Assembly (NCBI RefSeq): GCF_054482525.1
Contig: NZ_CM137006.1
Strand: one strand, 5' to 3'
DNA: 64,000 nucleotides
Shown: positions 22,682 through 32,929 of the stretch, in pieces
How the letters are laid out: every line of letters starts with the position of its first letter
Numbering within the stretch: position 1 is the first letter of the stretch
Notes under the pieces: model-generated
Told to the model about the DNA's origin: nothing
The model's input: only the letters and a program-made list of their open reading frames with translations
Database searches by the model: none
Translations under genes and position numbers: made by a program

Positions 22682-25600
22682 TTAGTCATTTTGTTGACAG
22701 AAAACAGCAATCTCCTGGTCCAGCTCTGCAATGTGTTCTTTAACAGAGTTCAGCAACTTAAGAATTTCAGGCTTACTGTCATCTGAAACAGGTGTTATTT
22801 CTAACTGATGGCTAATATTAATCAACTTTTGCAAATTCAGGATGTTAGCCGCACCGTGGATGCGATGAATACACTGATGGAAAATTCTGTTGTCGCCAGC
22901 TTCTAGTGCATGAAACGCAGCGGGTAGATCTTTATGCGTTTCATGCTGGAAAGTCATGAGAATCTCCTGCATCAGTTGTAGATCGTTCGCCGTATTATTT
23001 TTCAGGGCCTCGATATCAAGGTGGCGATACTGAGGTGCAATAGGCGCAACCTGGTGTAACTGACTTAAATGTGTTTTCAGTACATCCAGGGTCAACGGTT
23101 TGAACAAACATAAGTTCATGCCGCAATTTAACCCTTTTTCACGTTCGTTAGCCTGTGCGTTGGCTGTAAGCCCCCAGATGGGTAAGGAAGAATTTTGCTC
23201 ACGGAGTTTGCGAGTCAACTCAAAACCATCCATATTCGGCATATTAACGTCAGTAATAAGCAGATCATAATGTTGCATACTGACTTTGTGTAGCGCTTGC
23301 ACACCATCAGTGGCTTCATCAACATCATATCCTAATAGATTTAGCTGGCGTTTGAGTAATAGCCTGTTGGTCGGATGATCATCCGCGATTAATATGCTCA
23401 ACTTTTCAGGTAGTGTGATGGGTTGTTCTGCTTTTGCCTCGACAGCCGCCACTTGTTGGGTAATTTCTACCGGGATTGTGATCGTAAATGTTGTTCCTAT
23501 GCCTGGATGACTTTCTAATGACAAATCACCCTGCATGTTTTTAATTAATTCTTTGCAGATCATTAAGCCTAAACCAGAACCTGTTTGCTGACGACCTGCA
23601 CTTGTTTGGCTATAGCGTTTAAACAGTTGTTGTTGTTCTTCCTGTGATAATCCACTTCCAGAATCCATAATCGTCATTTTGATTACAGCGTGGTTGTCAT
23701 CAATGTTAACCAGGGAGGTCGTAATTTTTACTGCCCCCTCGGTGGTAAATTTGAGAGCATTGCTCAGTAAATTAGATAAGACCTGCTTAAACGCCTGAGG
23801 GTCGATCTTAACCAGGTAATGTTCAGGAAACGTACTGCTGCAACTTAATGCGATCGATTTGCTTGCAGCAATCGCACCGAAAGAGTGACAAGTGTTCTGG
23901 ACTAAAGTAGGGATATCGACCCATTGTGGTTGAAGTTGATAGTTACCCGATTCAATTTTGTCGACATCAAGGATTTCACCAATTAAGCCGAGGAGTGATT
24001 GTCCGGTGGCGTAGGCAAGTGAAATCGCCTCCACCCGTTGCTCCTTGCTAAGACCAGAACCCGACAGAAGTTCCAGGAAGCCCATAATGGAGCTTATTGG
24101 TGTTCTTATTTCGTGACTCATTGTTGCCAGAAACTGGCTTTTTGCGACAGTTGCATTGATCGCTTTATTTCTCTCTACTTCGAGTGCATGAATTAAATCA
24201 CGCGTCTCGGTAATATCTTGCCAACCACAAATATAAACAGCATGATCGCTGGCTGGCAGATTGCATAATGTATGCCAGTGATTAATGCATCTTTTCTCGA
24301 TGCCATTATCAATTTCAAATACCTGTGTGTATATTGTTCGATTTTCTTTCGTTTCTGCTGTGACTTCATGCGCATTAGAAAAAACATCTTTAAAGGGTGA
24401 GTCACTGTTTTCTAATGGTAACATTGCATTTTTGTAGTAATCCGCAGTGAAATAATGTTCAAAAGCACTATTATGACTAATGACATTACCTTGCCAGTTT
24501 ACAACATAAGTTGGATTCGGTAAGGAATCCGAGAGTGCTTTTCGGAATGATATTTGGTTTTCTAAATCACCCTGAATGACTTTACGACGACGAACTGAGC
24601 GTAACAGGTAGAATCCCCATAAAAGGCTACTGCCAACTAATAAAACGGATAATGTCGTGACAATATAAAATTGCTCGCTATAGAGGTCCCATGTGTCAAT
24701 GGTCACATTGGGCATTTTAATCCATTTTTCCGTCAGGCGCAGAACTTCGCTTGGGGGAATTGCATTCAGTACTTTATTAATAATATCCTTAAGTTCCGGT
24801 TCTCCGCGAGGAAAAGCGAACGAAAGCGATGCATTCGGAACGCCGGGAATAAGAAAATGATAAAGTTCATTAGGATAGTAATGGTCGATCATGTAACGTG
24901 AATTTAACTGTGTCGCGACCAGAGCATCAAGTTCGCCTTCCTTGACCTTGTGAAATGCAGCGCTGGCGTTATCGACTTTTATCCACTCTACCTCCGGATA
25001 CATCTCTTTTAATTGCGAATGAAGCTCATAATAATAGGGAATGGCAACTTTCATTCCTTTTTTTAATGTTTGTTCACTGTCAGGCGCTTTTTGCATGACA
25101 AAAACGTAAGGCGTTGTTATGAAGGCTTCAGCAAATAAAACATTATTTTCTCTATCTTCACTATAAATAGCGGCGGGCAATATATCCCATCCACCGGGGT
25201 TAAGCTGTGTCCCCGCATGAATATTGTGTGAAACGGTGATCGGAGAAAAATTTAAACCTGTTTGCAAGGTAATAATATTAAGAATATCACCCATCACGCC
25301 CCGAACTGAGCCAGTTTCATCTGTCATAGAATAGGGTGGCGAGTAAGGATTTTCCAGCACCTTTAAATCGGGATGCTGCTTAATCCACTGTTTTTCATGT
25401 TCAGTGAGTTCTAATGGTTTGTTCAGAAAGGCCAGGTTTCCTGTATCAAGCCAATTTTGTGATACTTCATAGCGAACTTCATTTGTTAAAGCATCAACAA
25501 ACCGATTGAGTACTTCATTAAGAACGACTGAATCTTTTCTGGTTAAGAAAAAGTTATATTGACGCGGCGAGTTATAATATTTCACTACATTTAAGGAGTG

Positions 25601-26275
25601 AGTGAAATAGCGGGAAATCATACTGCTGGTAATAATGTTACTACCAATAAAGTAATCATTCTGTCCGGCTGAGACGGATGCTAATGCCTGATATAAATTT
25701 GTAAAAGAGATAATTGTTGCTTTTGGAAATGATTGATGAATTACCTCGTCAGGGGGATAATTTGCTACTCGAGCAATATTTACTGGTTTTGATGAGGTAA
25801 GCGGTCGCATTGAATCGTGAAGGGTGGTGACGAGCGCCGGAAAGGTAATTATCAGTGGTTTGGTTGCAGCAATGTCATCATTAAGAGGCGGCGAAGCAAC
25901 TAAATGTGATAACACTATATCGACTTCACCTTCTTCCAGCGCGTCCATTGCTTTTTGATGATCGGCGTATTCCCGGAGTGTTAATTTGATATTTAACGCT
26001 CTTTTTAACAGATTTAAATAATCAGCATTAATACCACGAACCCGTTGCTGCGAATCGGTATGCAACAACGTAGCCGTTTGGGACTTGTGTACTGCAATCA
26101 CAAGATTTTTCTTGCTCGCTAACCAACGTAATTCCTTGTTGCTCAGACGTAGTGGATCAAGTGTGACACGGTTGTTACTACTGATGCCACGATATTCGAT
26201 GTAATCTTCGTCTGCGAAACTTATGGTCGACCAAAGACCACAACAGAGAAGAAAAATATAGGGTAAAAACTTCAT
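22682..26275 (-). CDS. evgS: Hybrid sensor histidine kinase EvgS
   Basis: 1197 aa; tandem periplasmic solute-binding domains, TM, HisKA/HATPase, receiver and HPt domains. Confidence 0.96.
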   Translation of the reverse strand: MKFLPYIFLLCCGLWSTISFADEDYIEYRGISSNNRVTLDPLRLSNKELRWLASKKNLVIAVHKSQTATLLHTDSQQRVRGINADYLNLLKRALNIKLTLREYADHQKAMDALEEGEVDIVLSHLVASPPLNDDIAATKPLIITFPALVTTLHDSMRPLTSSKPVNIARVANYPPDEVIHQSFPKATIISFTNLYQALASVSAGQNDYFIGSNIITSSMISRYFTHSLNVVKYYNSPRQYNFFLTRKDSVVLNEVLNRFVDALTNEVRYEVSQNWLDTGNLAFLNKPLELTEHEKQWIKQHPDLKVLENPYSPPYSMTDETGSVRGVMGDILNIITLQTGLNFSPITVSHNIHAGTQLNPGGWDILPAAIYSEDRENNVLFAEAFITTPYVFVMQKAPDSEQTLKKGMKVAIPYYYELHSQLKEMYPEVEWIKVDNASAAFHKVKEGELDALVATQLNSRYMIDHYYPNELYHFLIPGVPNASLSFAFPRGEPELKDIINKVLNAIPPSEVLRLTEKWIKMPNVTIDTWDLYSEQFYIVTTLSVLLVGSSLLWGFYLLRSVRRRKVIQGDLENQISFRKALSDSLPNPTYVVNWQGNVISHNSAFEHYFTADYYKNAMLPLENSDSPFKDVFSNAHEVTAETKENRTIYTQVFEIDNGIEKRCINHWHTLCNLPASDHAVYICGWQDITETRDLIHALEVERNKAINATVAKSQFLATMSHEIRTPISSIMGFLELLSGSGLSKEQRVEAISLAYATGQSLLGLIGEILDVDKIESGNYQLQPQWVDIPTLVQNTCHSFGAIAASKSIALSCSSTFPEHYLVKIDPQAFKQVLSNLLSNALKFTTEGAVKITTSLVNIDDNHAVIKMTIMDSGSGLSQEEQQQLFKRYSQTSAGRQQTGSGLGLMICKELIKNMQGDLSLESHPGIGTTFTITIPVEITQQVAAVEAKAEQPITLPEKLSILIADDHPTNRLLLKRQLNLLGYDVDEATDGVQALHKVSMQHYDLLITDVNMPNMDGFELTRKLREQNSSLPIWGLTANAQANEREKGLNCGMNLCLFKPLTLDVLKTHLSQLHQVAPIAPQYRHLDIEALKNNTANDLQLMQEILMTFQHETHKDLPAAFHALEAGDNRIFHQCIHRIHGAANILNLQKLINISHQLEITPVSDDSKPEILKLLNSVKEHIAELDQEIAVFCQQND

Positions 26276-26279
26276 GTGG

Positions 26280-26894
26280 TTAGCCGATTTTGTTACGTTG
26301 TGCGAATGTGTAAAGATCCATCAGTGATTTACATTCTAATTTTTCCATCAGGCGACTTTTATAAGTGCTGACAGTTTTGTTGCTGATGAACATTTTTTCA
26401 GCAATGTCATTATTATCCTTGCCATCAAGAATATACCGCATGACACTAATTTCTTGTTTCGATAAGGAGTCGAGTTTTTGCTGGTCGGACGTTAAACTTC
26501 CAACAAACCGGTTGAGAGAGAAGGGGAAATAGCAGTAGCCATTTTTTGCAGCTTCAATAGCTGCAATGATATTGTTCATGCCTTCTTTTTTACTCACGAA
26601 ACCATTAGCGCCAGCATCAGCACAATGTTTCCCGTAAAAATGGTCATTTTTAGCGGAGACAATAATAATAATTCCGCTATATTGGCGCTTTCTCAGCGTT
26701 TCTAACACCTGGATACCGTTAACTCCGGGGATATCGACATCAATGATGACGATATCAGGCTTAAGTGTTTCCACCCGCTGAACGGCGCTTCCGCCTTCAG
26801 TCAACTCCGCTAAGATTTCAATATCGTTTTTGATCAATAAATTACGAATTGCTGCGATAGCAAGAGGATGGTCATCAATAATTATTGCGTTCAT
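26280..26894 (-). CDS. evgA: Response regulator EvgA (NarL/FixJ family)
   Basis: 204 aa; receiver domain plus LuxR-type HTH. Confidence 0.96.
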   Translation of the reverse strand: MNAIIIDDHPLAIAAIRNLLIKNDIEILAELTEGGSAVQRVETLKPDIVIIDVDIPGVNGIQVLETLRKRQYSGIIIIVSAKNDHFYGKHCADAGANGFVSKKEGMNNIIAAIEAAKNGYCYFPFSLNRFVGSLTSDQQKLDSLSKQEISVMRYILDGKDNNDIAEKMFISNKTVSTYKSRLMEKLECKSLMDLYTFAQRNKIG

Positions 26895-27118
26895 AGATTA
26901 TTCCCTTTGCAATGAAGCATTTCCCTTCTCCCTGTAGTAATACAGACATAAGGCATCATCTCATTTTCTCAATAAAAATAAGAAAATTTGAGCTTCCTTT
27001 AAGATAATTCGACAAGTATACCATATAAATAGTCGGCATAAATGAAATGTCAACAATAAAATCAGGGATTGTACCGATGATTTATAGTTTCACATTAGCA
27101 CTATAAGTCTTCTCACTA

Positions 27119-27136
27119 ATCCTACAGGCGTAAGAA
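27119..27136. promoter_or_regulatory. EvgA-box-like inverted repeat in the evgA-emrK divergent region
   Basis: ATCCTACA-GG-CGTAAGAA, one mismatch per half-site relative to the frc palindrome. Confidence 0.5.
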
Positions 27137-27309
27137 TTGTATTGCAAAAGCTACGGTTTAGTCCTCTGTTGTTTTTTTTGCACCTCATTTAAATTAGGCC
27201 TCCAACGTTCCTGGGACAATGTGCAACACATGCACTGTGTTTGATATGAAGAATGAATACTCTTTTCATTCAATTCATAAATTTCATCTATGCGAAATGA
27301 GAGATAATA

Positions 27310-28473
27310 GTGGAACAGATTAATTCAAATAAAAAACATTCTAACAGAAGAAAATACTTTTCTTTATTGGCGGTAGTTTTATTTATTGCGTTTTCAGGTG
27401 CCTATGCCTATTGGTCAATGGAATTAGAAGACATGATTAGTACAGATGATGCCTATGTCACGGGGAATGCAGATCCAATTTCTGCACAAGTTTCAGGCAG
27501 CGTCACTGTCGTTAATCATAAAGATACGAACTACGTTCGACAGGGTGACATTTTAGTCTCACTGGATAAGACTGATGCCACTATCGCACTCAATAAAGCT
27601 AAAAATAATCTGGCAAATATTGTTCGGCAAACGAATAAACTGTACTTACAGGATAAACAATACAGTGCCGAAGTCGCTTCAGCACGTATTCAGTATCAAC
27701 AATCTTTAGAAGATTATAACCGTCGTGTGCCTTTAGCGAAGCAGGGGGTTATCTCAAAAGAAACGCTGGAGCATACCAAAGATACGTTAATAAGTAGCAA
27801 AGCGGCATTGAATGCCGCTATCCAGGCTTATAAAGCGAATAAAGCTTTAGTAATGAACACACCATTAAACCGTCAGCCACAAGTCGTTGAAGCTGCGGAT
27901 GCAACCAAAGAAGCCTGGTTGGCGCTTAAACGTACGGATATTAAGAGTCCGGTTACCGGCTATATTGCCCAGCGAAGTGTTCAGGTCGGCGAAACAGTGA
28001 GTCCCGGACAATCGTTAATGGCTGTCGTACCGGCACGTCAAATGTGGGTTAATGCTAACTTTAAAGAAACACAACTCACGGATGTACGGATTGGTCAATC
28101 GGTCAATATTATCAGCGATCTTTATGGTGAAAATGTTGTGTTTCATGGTCGGGTGACAGGGATCAATATGGGAACCGGCAATGCGTTCTCCTTATTACCT
28201 GCACAAAATGCGACAGGGAACTGGATCAAAATCGTTCAGCGTGTCCCGGTTGAAGTTTCTCTTGATCCAAAAGAACTCATGGAACATCCCTTGCGCATTG
28301 GTTTATCGATGACTGCAACTATTGATACCAGGAACGAAGACATTGCCGAGATGCCCGATCTGGCTTCAACCGTGACGTCCATGCCTGCTTATACCAGTAA
28401 GGCTTTAGTTATCGATACTACTCCGATAGAAAAAGAAATTAGCAACATTATTTCGCATAATGGACAACTTTAA
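27310..28473 (+). CDS. emrK: Multidrug efflux membrane fusion protein
   Basis: 387 aa, EmrA-like; GTG start at 27310. Confidence 0.93.
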   Translation: MEQINSNKKHSNRRKYFSLLAVVLFIAFSGAYAYWSMELEDMISTDDAYVTGNADPISAQVSGSVTVVNHKDTNYVRQGDILVSLDKTDATIALNKAKNNLANIVRQTNKLYLQDKQYSAEVASARIQYQQSLEDYNRRVPLAKQGVISKETLEHTKDTLISSKAALNAAIQAYKANKALVMNTPLNRQPQVVEAADATKEAWLALKRTDIKSPVTGYIAQRSVQVGETVSPGQSLMAVVPARQMWVNANFKETQLTDVRIGQSVNIISDLYGENVVFHGRVTGINMGTGNAFSLLPAQNATGNWIKIVQRVPVEVSLDPKELMEHPLRIGLSMTATIDTRNEDIAEMPDLASTVTSMPAYTSKALVIDTTPIEKEISNIISHNGQL

Positions 28474-30011
28474 TGGCAATCACTAAATCAACTCCGGCAC
28501 CATTAACCGGTGGGACGTTATGGTGCGTTACTATTGCATTGTCATTAGCGACGTTTATGCAAATGTTGGATTCCACTATTTCTAACGTCGCAATACCGAC
28601 AATATCTGGCTTTCTGGGAGCATCAACAGACGAAGGCACCTGGGTTATCACCTCGTTTGGCGTAGCAAATGCCATTGCGATCCCTGTTACCGGCAGGCTG
28701 GCACAAAGAATAGGCGAATTAAGGTTATTTTTACTTTCAGTCACTTTTTTTTCGCTGTCTTCCTTAATGTGTAGTTTATCGACCAATCTTGATGTGCTGA
28801 TATTTTTTAGAGTCGTTCAGGGATTAATGGCGGGGCCGTTAATTCCACTGTCACAGAGTTTATTATTAAGGAATTATCCACCAGAAAAAAGAACATTTGC
28901 TCTGGCATTATGGTCAATGACCGTAATTATCGCTCCGATATGTGGGCCGATATTGGGTGGCTACATTTGCGATAACTTTAGCTGGGGTTGGATATTTTTA
29001 ATCAATGTCCCAATGGGGATTATCGTCCTGACATTATGCTTAACCTTACTTAAAGGAAGAGAAACTGAGACTTCACCGGTCAAAATGAATCTACCAGGAC
29101 TGACCCTGTTAGTGCTCGGTGTTGGTGGCTTGCAAATTATGCTTGATAAAGGGCGCGATCTGGATTGGTTCAACTCGAGTACAATAATAATATTAACAGT
29201 AGTATCAGTTATTTCTCTGATCTCTTTAGTCATTTGGGAGTCGACCTCAGAGAATCCGATTCTTGATCTCAGTTTGTTTAAGTCCCGTAACTTCACCATT
29301 GGTATTGTGAGTATCACATGCGCGTATTTATTTTACTCTGGAGCGATAGTCCTTATGCCGCAGTTACTCCAGGAAACAATGGGGTATAATGCGATTTGGG
29401 CCGGGCTTGCTTATGCGCCCATCGGCATCATGCCACTATTAATTTCACCTTTGATAGGACGTTATGGCAACAAAATAGATATGCGGTTGTTAGTGACATT
29501 TAGTTTTTTGATGTATGCGGTTTGCTATTACTGGCGTTCTGTGACATTTATGCCAACGATTGATTTTACAGGCATCATTTTGCCACAGTTTTTTCAGGGA
29601 TTCGCCGTCGCCTGTTTCTTTTTACCCTTAACAACGATTTCGTTTTCAGGTTTGCCAGATAATAAATTTGCCAATGCCTCGAGTATGAGTAATTTTTTTC
29701 GTACCTTGTCAGGATCAGTTGGTACGTCGTTGACAATGACGCTGTGGGGACGCCGAGAATCATTACACCATAGTCAGTTGACAGCAACAATCGATCAATT
29801 TAACCCCGTGTTTAATTCATCGTCACAAATTATGGATAAATATTATGGTTCGCTTTCAGGGGTTCTTAATGAAATTAATAATGAAATAACTCAGCAGTCA
29901 CTTTCAATTTCTGCAAATGAGATTTTCCGTATGGCGGCTATTGCTTTTATCTTACTTACGGTATTGGTTTGGTTTGCGAAACCGCCGTTTACAGCGAAAG
30001 GTGTTGGGTGA
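28473..30011 (+). CDS. emrY: MFS multidrug efflux pump (14 TM, EmrB-like)
   Basis: 512 aa; start overlaps emrK stop. Confidence 0.93.
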   Translation: MAITKSTPAPLTGGTLWCVTIALSLATFMQMLDSTISNVAIPTISGFLGASTDEGTWVITSFGVANAIAIPVTGRLAQRIGELRLFLLSVTFFSLSSLMCSLSTNLDVLIFFRVVQGLMAGPLIPLSQSLLLRNYPPEKRTFALALWSMTVIIAPICGPILGGYICDNFSWGWIFLINVPMGIIVLTLCLTLLKGRETETSPVKMNLPGLTLLVLGVGGLQIMLDKGRDLDWFNSSTIIILTVVSVISLISLVIWESTSENPILDLSLFKSRNFTIGIVSITCAYLFYSGAIVLMPQLLQETMGYNAIWAGLAYAPIGIMPLLISPLIGRYGNKIDMRLLVTFSFLMYAVCYYWRSVTFMPTIDFTGIILPQFFQGFAVACFFLPLTTISFSGLPDNKFANASSMSNFFRTLSGSVGTSLTMTLWGRRESLHHSQLTATIDQFNPVFNSSSQIMDKYYGSLSGVLNEINNEITQQSLSISANEIFRMAAIAFILLTVLVWFAKPPFTAKGVG

Positions 30012-30069
30012 TGGTAAAAAGAGAGAGCTATAGCAGGTAAGACGGTAGAATCTTAAGCCTGCGCCATCG

Positions 30070-30107
30070 GCAGCATCGCTCACCCAGGGAAAGGATGGCG
30101 ATGCTGC
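30070..30107. repeat. 10-bp perfect inverted repeat between convergent emrY and dsdA
   Basis: gcagcatcgc ... gcgatgctgc with an 18-nt loop; no clear U-tract. Confidence 0.35.
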
Positions 30108-30119
30108 ATTGAAAATTAA

Positions 30120-31448
30120 TTAGCGGCCTTTTGCCAGATATTGCTCCATCTCTTCTTCCGGCACCATTCCACCTCCCGTCGCCCACACCAGATGAGTGGC
30201 ATTACGCAGTTGTTCTGCGCTGAAACCGTGCATCTGTTGGTAACTTACTGATGCGCACACGCGCTGAGGCCCGGCCATACCCGCCAGTGCCGAAGGTTCA
30301 AGACGAATGCCTTCTTCCTGCGCCAGCCAGCCAAGCATGTCATACATGGTTTGATCGCTAAGGGTATAGAAGCCATCCAGCAGACGCTCCATTGCCCGCC
30401 CGACAAAGCCTGATGCGCGACCAACTGCAAGGCCATCCGCTGCGGTAAGGTTGTCGATACCAATATCCTGAACAGAAATCTGATCGTGTAATCCAGTATG
30501 GACGCCTAACAACATACAAGGGGAGTGCGTTGGTTCGGCAAAAAAGCAGTGAACATGATCGCCAAACGCCAGTTTAAGTCCGAATGCGACGCCACCAGGA
30601 CCACCGCCAACACCACACGGCAGATAGACAAACAGAGGGTTATCAGCATCGACGATACGACCTTGCTCGGCAAATTGCGCTTTAAGACGCTGGCCAGCGA
30701 CGGAATACCCAAGGAACAACGTGCGGGAATTCTCGTCATCAATAAAGAAACAGTTCGGGTCAGACTGCGCTGCTTTACGTCCTTCCTCGACGGCAACACC
30801 ATAATCTTGCTCATATTCCACGACCGTAACGCCATGGCTGCGCAGTTTCGCTTTTTTCCATGCCCGGGCATCAGCAGACATATGCACTGTCACCTTAAAG
30901 CCAATGCGGGCGCTCATTATGCCGATTGATAACCCCAGATTTCCGGTTGAGCCCACAGCAATGCTGTATTGACTAAAGAACTGTTTAAACTCCGGAGACA
31001 GCAGTTTGCTGTAGTCATCTTCAGGCGTCAGCAACCCCGCTTCCAGAGCCAGTTTTTCTGCGTGTGCCAGGACTTCATAAATCCCGCCGCGTGCTTTTAT
31101 GGAGCCGGAAATGGGCAAATGGCTATCTTTTTTCAGTAACAGTTGCCCGCTGATCGGTTGTTGATATTCCTTTTCCAGCCGTTTTTGCATAGCTGGAATG
31201 GCAACCAGTTCTGATTCAATAATCCCCCCAGTAGCAGCAGTTTCAGGAAATGCTTTTGCCAGATAGGGTGCAAAACGGGATAAGCGCGCATGGGCGTCCT
31301 GAACATCCTGTTCGGTCAGGCCAACATAAGGTAAACCTTCAGCCAATGAGGTCGTGCCAGGATTAAACCAGGTGGTTTCTTTAAGAGCAACCAGATCCTT
31401 TACCAACGGATACTGGGCGATGAGCGAGTTCATTTTAGCGTTTTCCAT
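30120..31448 (-). CDS. dsdA: D-serine dehydratase (PLP-dependent)
   Basis: 442 aa, full length. Confidence 0.95.
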   Translation of the reverse strand: MENAKMNSLIAQYPLVKDLVALKETTWFNPGTTSLAEGLPYVGLTEQDVQDAHARLSRFAPYLAKAFPETAATGGIIESELVAIPAMQKRLEKEYQQPISGQLLLKKDSHLPISGSIKARGGIYEVLAHAEKLALEAGLLTPEDDYSKLLSPEFKQFFSQYSIAVGSTGNLGLSIGIMSARIGFKVTVHMSADARAWKKAKLRSHGVTVVEYEQDYGVAVEEGRKAAQSDPNCFFIDDENSRTLFLGYSVAGQRLKAQFAEQGRIVDADNPLFVYLPCGVGGGPGGVAFGLKLAFGDHVHCFFAEPTHSPCMLLGVHTGLHDQISVQDIGIDNLTAADGLAVGRASGFVGRAMERLLDGFYTLSDQTMYDMLGWLAQEEGIRLEPSALAGMAGPQRVCASVSYQQMHGFSAEQLRNATHLVWATGGGMVPEEEMEQYLAKGR

Positions 31449-31465
31449 AGTACGTCTCTTTGCGC

Positions 31466-31696
31466 TTAGATGATAAATGACAGCAGGAATGTGCCCGCCA
31501 GAGCGACGACTGAAGCGATAAATGTCGCTGTCGTATAGTATTTAAATGTTTCATTGAGCGTAGCGCCGCAATATTGCTTCGCCAGCCAGAAAAGCGAGTC
31601 CGTAACGATCGTGCAGCCAATTGCACCTGAACCGATAGCAATCGTAAAAATTTCCGGGCTGATGTCGGGATACAGCGCCAGCACAATGATCCATAT
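31466..31696 (-). pseudogene. dsdX: 3' remnant of dsdX (GntP-family D-serine permease), truncated at the csc island junction
   Basis: Only about 75 C-terminal codons of a permease-like frame remain, ending 18 bp before dsdA; the frame hits a stop upstream at about 31697, and no dsdC follows. Confidence 0.7.
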
Positions 31697-31926
31697 TTAT
31701 ATTTTCTTCTCCAGATTGGCGATGCCAGTTGGCATGTTTTACCTACTTGCCTACATGGTTACTCGTTGGCGAGAACAGAGGCGGAATTGGGTACAATTGT
31801 CCGGGAATTATTGTTATTTTTTATTGTATTGCCGTGTCGGGTTATAGGGCGTTGAGAATATCGTTGGATCTCGCCAGTGACGTCTGTTTCTGCTACAGTG
31901 CCCGTTTTACGGCAAACGGCTTGGGT

Positions 31927-32922
31927 ATGGCTTCATTAAAGGATGTCGCACGCCTGGCGGGAGTGTCGATGATGACAGTCTCCCGGGTGATGCATAATGC
32001 AGAATCTGTGCGTCCTGCAACGCGTGACCGCGTATTGCAGGCAATCCAGACCCTGAATTATGTTCCTGATCTTTCCGCCCGTAAGATGCGCGCTCAAGGA
32101 CGTAAGCCGTCGACTCTCGCCGTGCTGGCGCAGGACACTGCTACCACTCCTTTCTCTGTTGATATTCTGCTTGCCATTGAGCAAACCGCCAGCGAGTTCG
32201 GCTGGAATAGTTTTTTAATCAATATTTTTTCTGAAGATGACGCTGTCCGCGCGGCACGTCAGCTGCTTGCCCACCGTCCGGATGGCATTATCTATACTAC
32301 AATGGGGCTGCGACATATCACGCTGCCTGAGTCTCTGTATGGTGAAAATATTGTATTGGCGAACTGTGTGGCGGATGACCCAGCGTTACCCAGTTATATC
32401 CCTGATGATTACACTGCACAATATGAATCAACACAGCATTTGCTCGCGGCGGGCTATCGTCAACCGTTATGCTTCTGGCTACCGGAAAGTGCGTTGGCAA
32501 CAGGGTATCGTCGGCAGGGATTTGAGCAGGCCTGGCGTGATGCTGGACGAGATCTGGCTGAGGTGAAACAATTTCACATGGCAACAGGTGATGATCACTA
32601 CACCGATCTCGCAAGTTTACTCAATGACCACTTCAAATCTGGCAAACCAGATTTTGATGTTCTGATATGTGGTAACGATCGCGCAGCCTTTGTCGCTTAT
32701 CAGGTTCTCCTGGCGAAGGGGGTACGTATCCCGCAGGATGTCGCCGTAATGGGCTTTGATAATCTGGTTGGCGTCGGGCATCTGTTTTTACCGCCGCTGA
32801 CCACAATTCAGCTTCCACATGACATTATCGGGCGGGAAGCTGCATTGCATATTATTGAAGGTCGTGAAGGGGGAAGAGTGACGCGGATCCCTTGCCCGCT
32901 GTTGATCCGTTGTTCCACCTGA
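31927..32922 (+). CDS. cscR: LacI-family sucrose repressor
   Basis: 331 aa from MASLKDVARLAGVSMMTVSRV (HTH); track ORF extends 66 codons upstream. Confidence 0.9.
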   Translation: MASLKDVARLAGVSMMTVSRVMHNAESVRPATRDRVLQAIQTLNYVPDLSARKMRAQGRKPSTLAVLAQDTATTPFSVDILLAIEQTASEFGWNSFLINIFSEDDAVRAARQLLAHRPDGIIYTTMGLRHITLPESLYGENIVLANCVADDPALPSYIPDDYTAQYESTQHLLAAGYRQPLCFWLPESALATGYRRQGFEQAWRDAGRDLAEVKQFHMATGDDHYTDLASLLNDHFKSGKPDFDVLICGNDRAAFVAYQVLLAKGVRIPQDVAVMGFDNLVGVGHLFLPPLTTIQLPHDIIGREAALHIIEGREGGRVTRIPCPLLIRCST

Positions 32923-32929
32923 TATTATG

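Noticed and set aside
31729-31926. Upstream extension of cscR in track ORF 31729-32922 (397 aa)
   Set aside because: The first 66 codons are hydrophobic and Cys-rich and do not resemble a LacI-family N-terminus; the HTH begins right after the internal Met at 31927, so the extension is read-in from the junction DNA.
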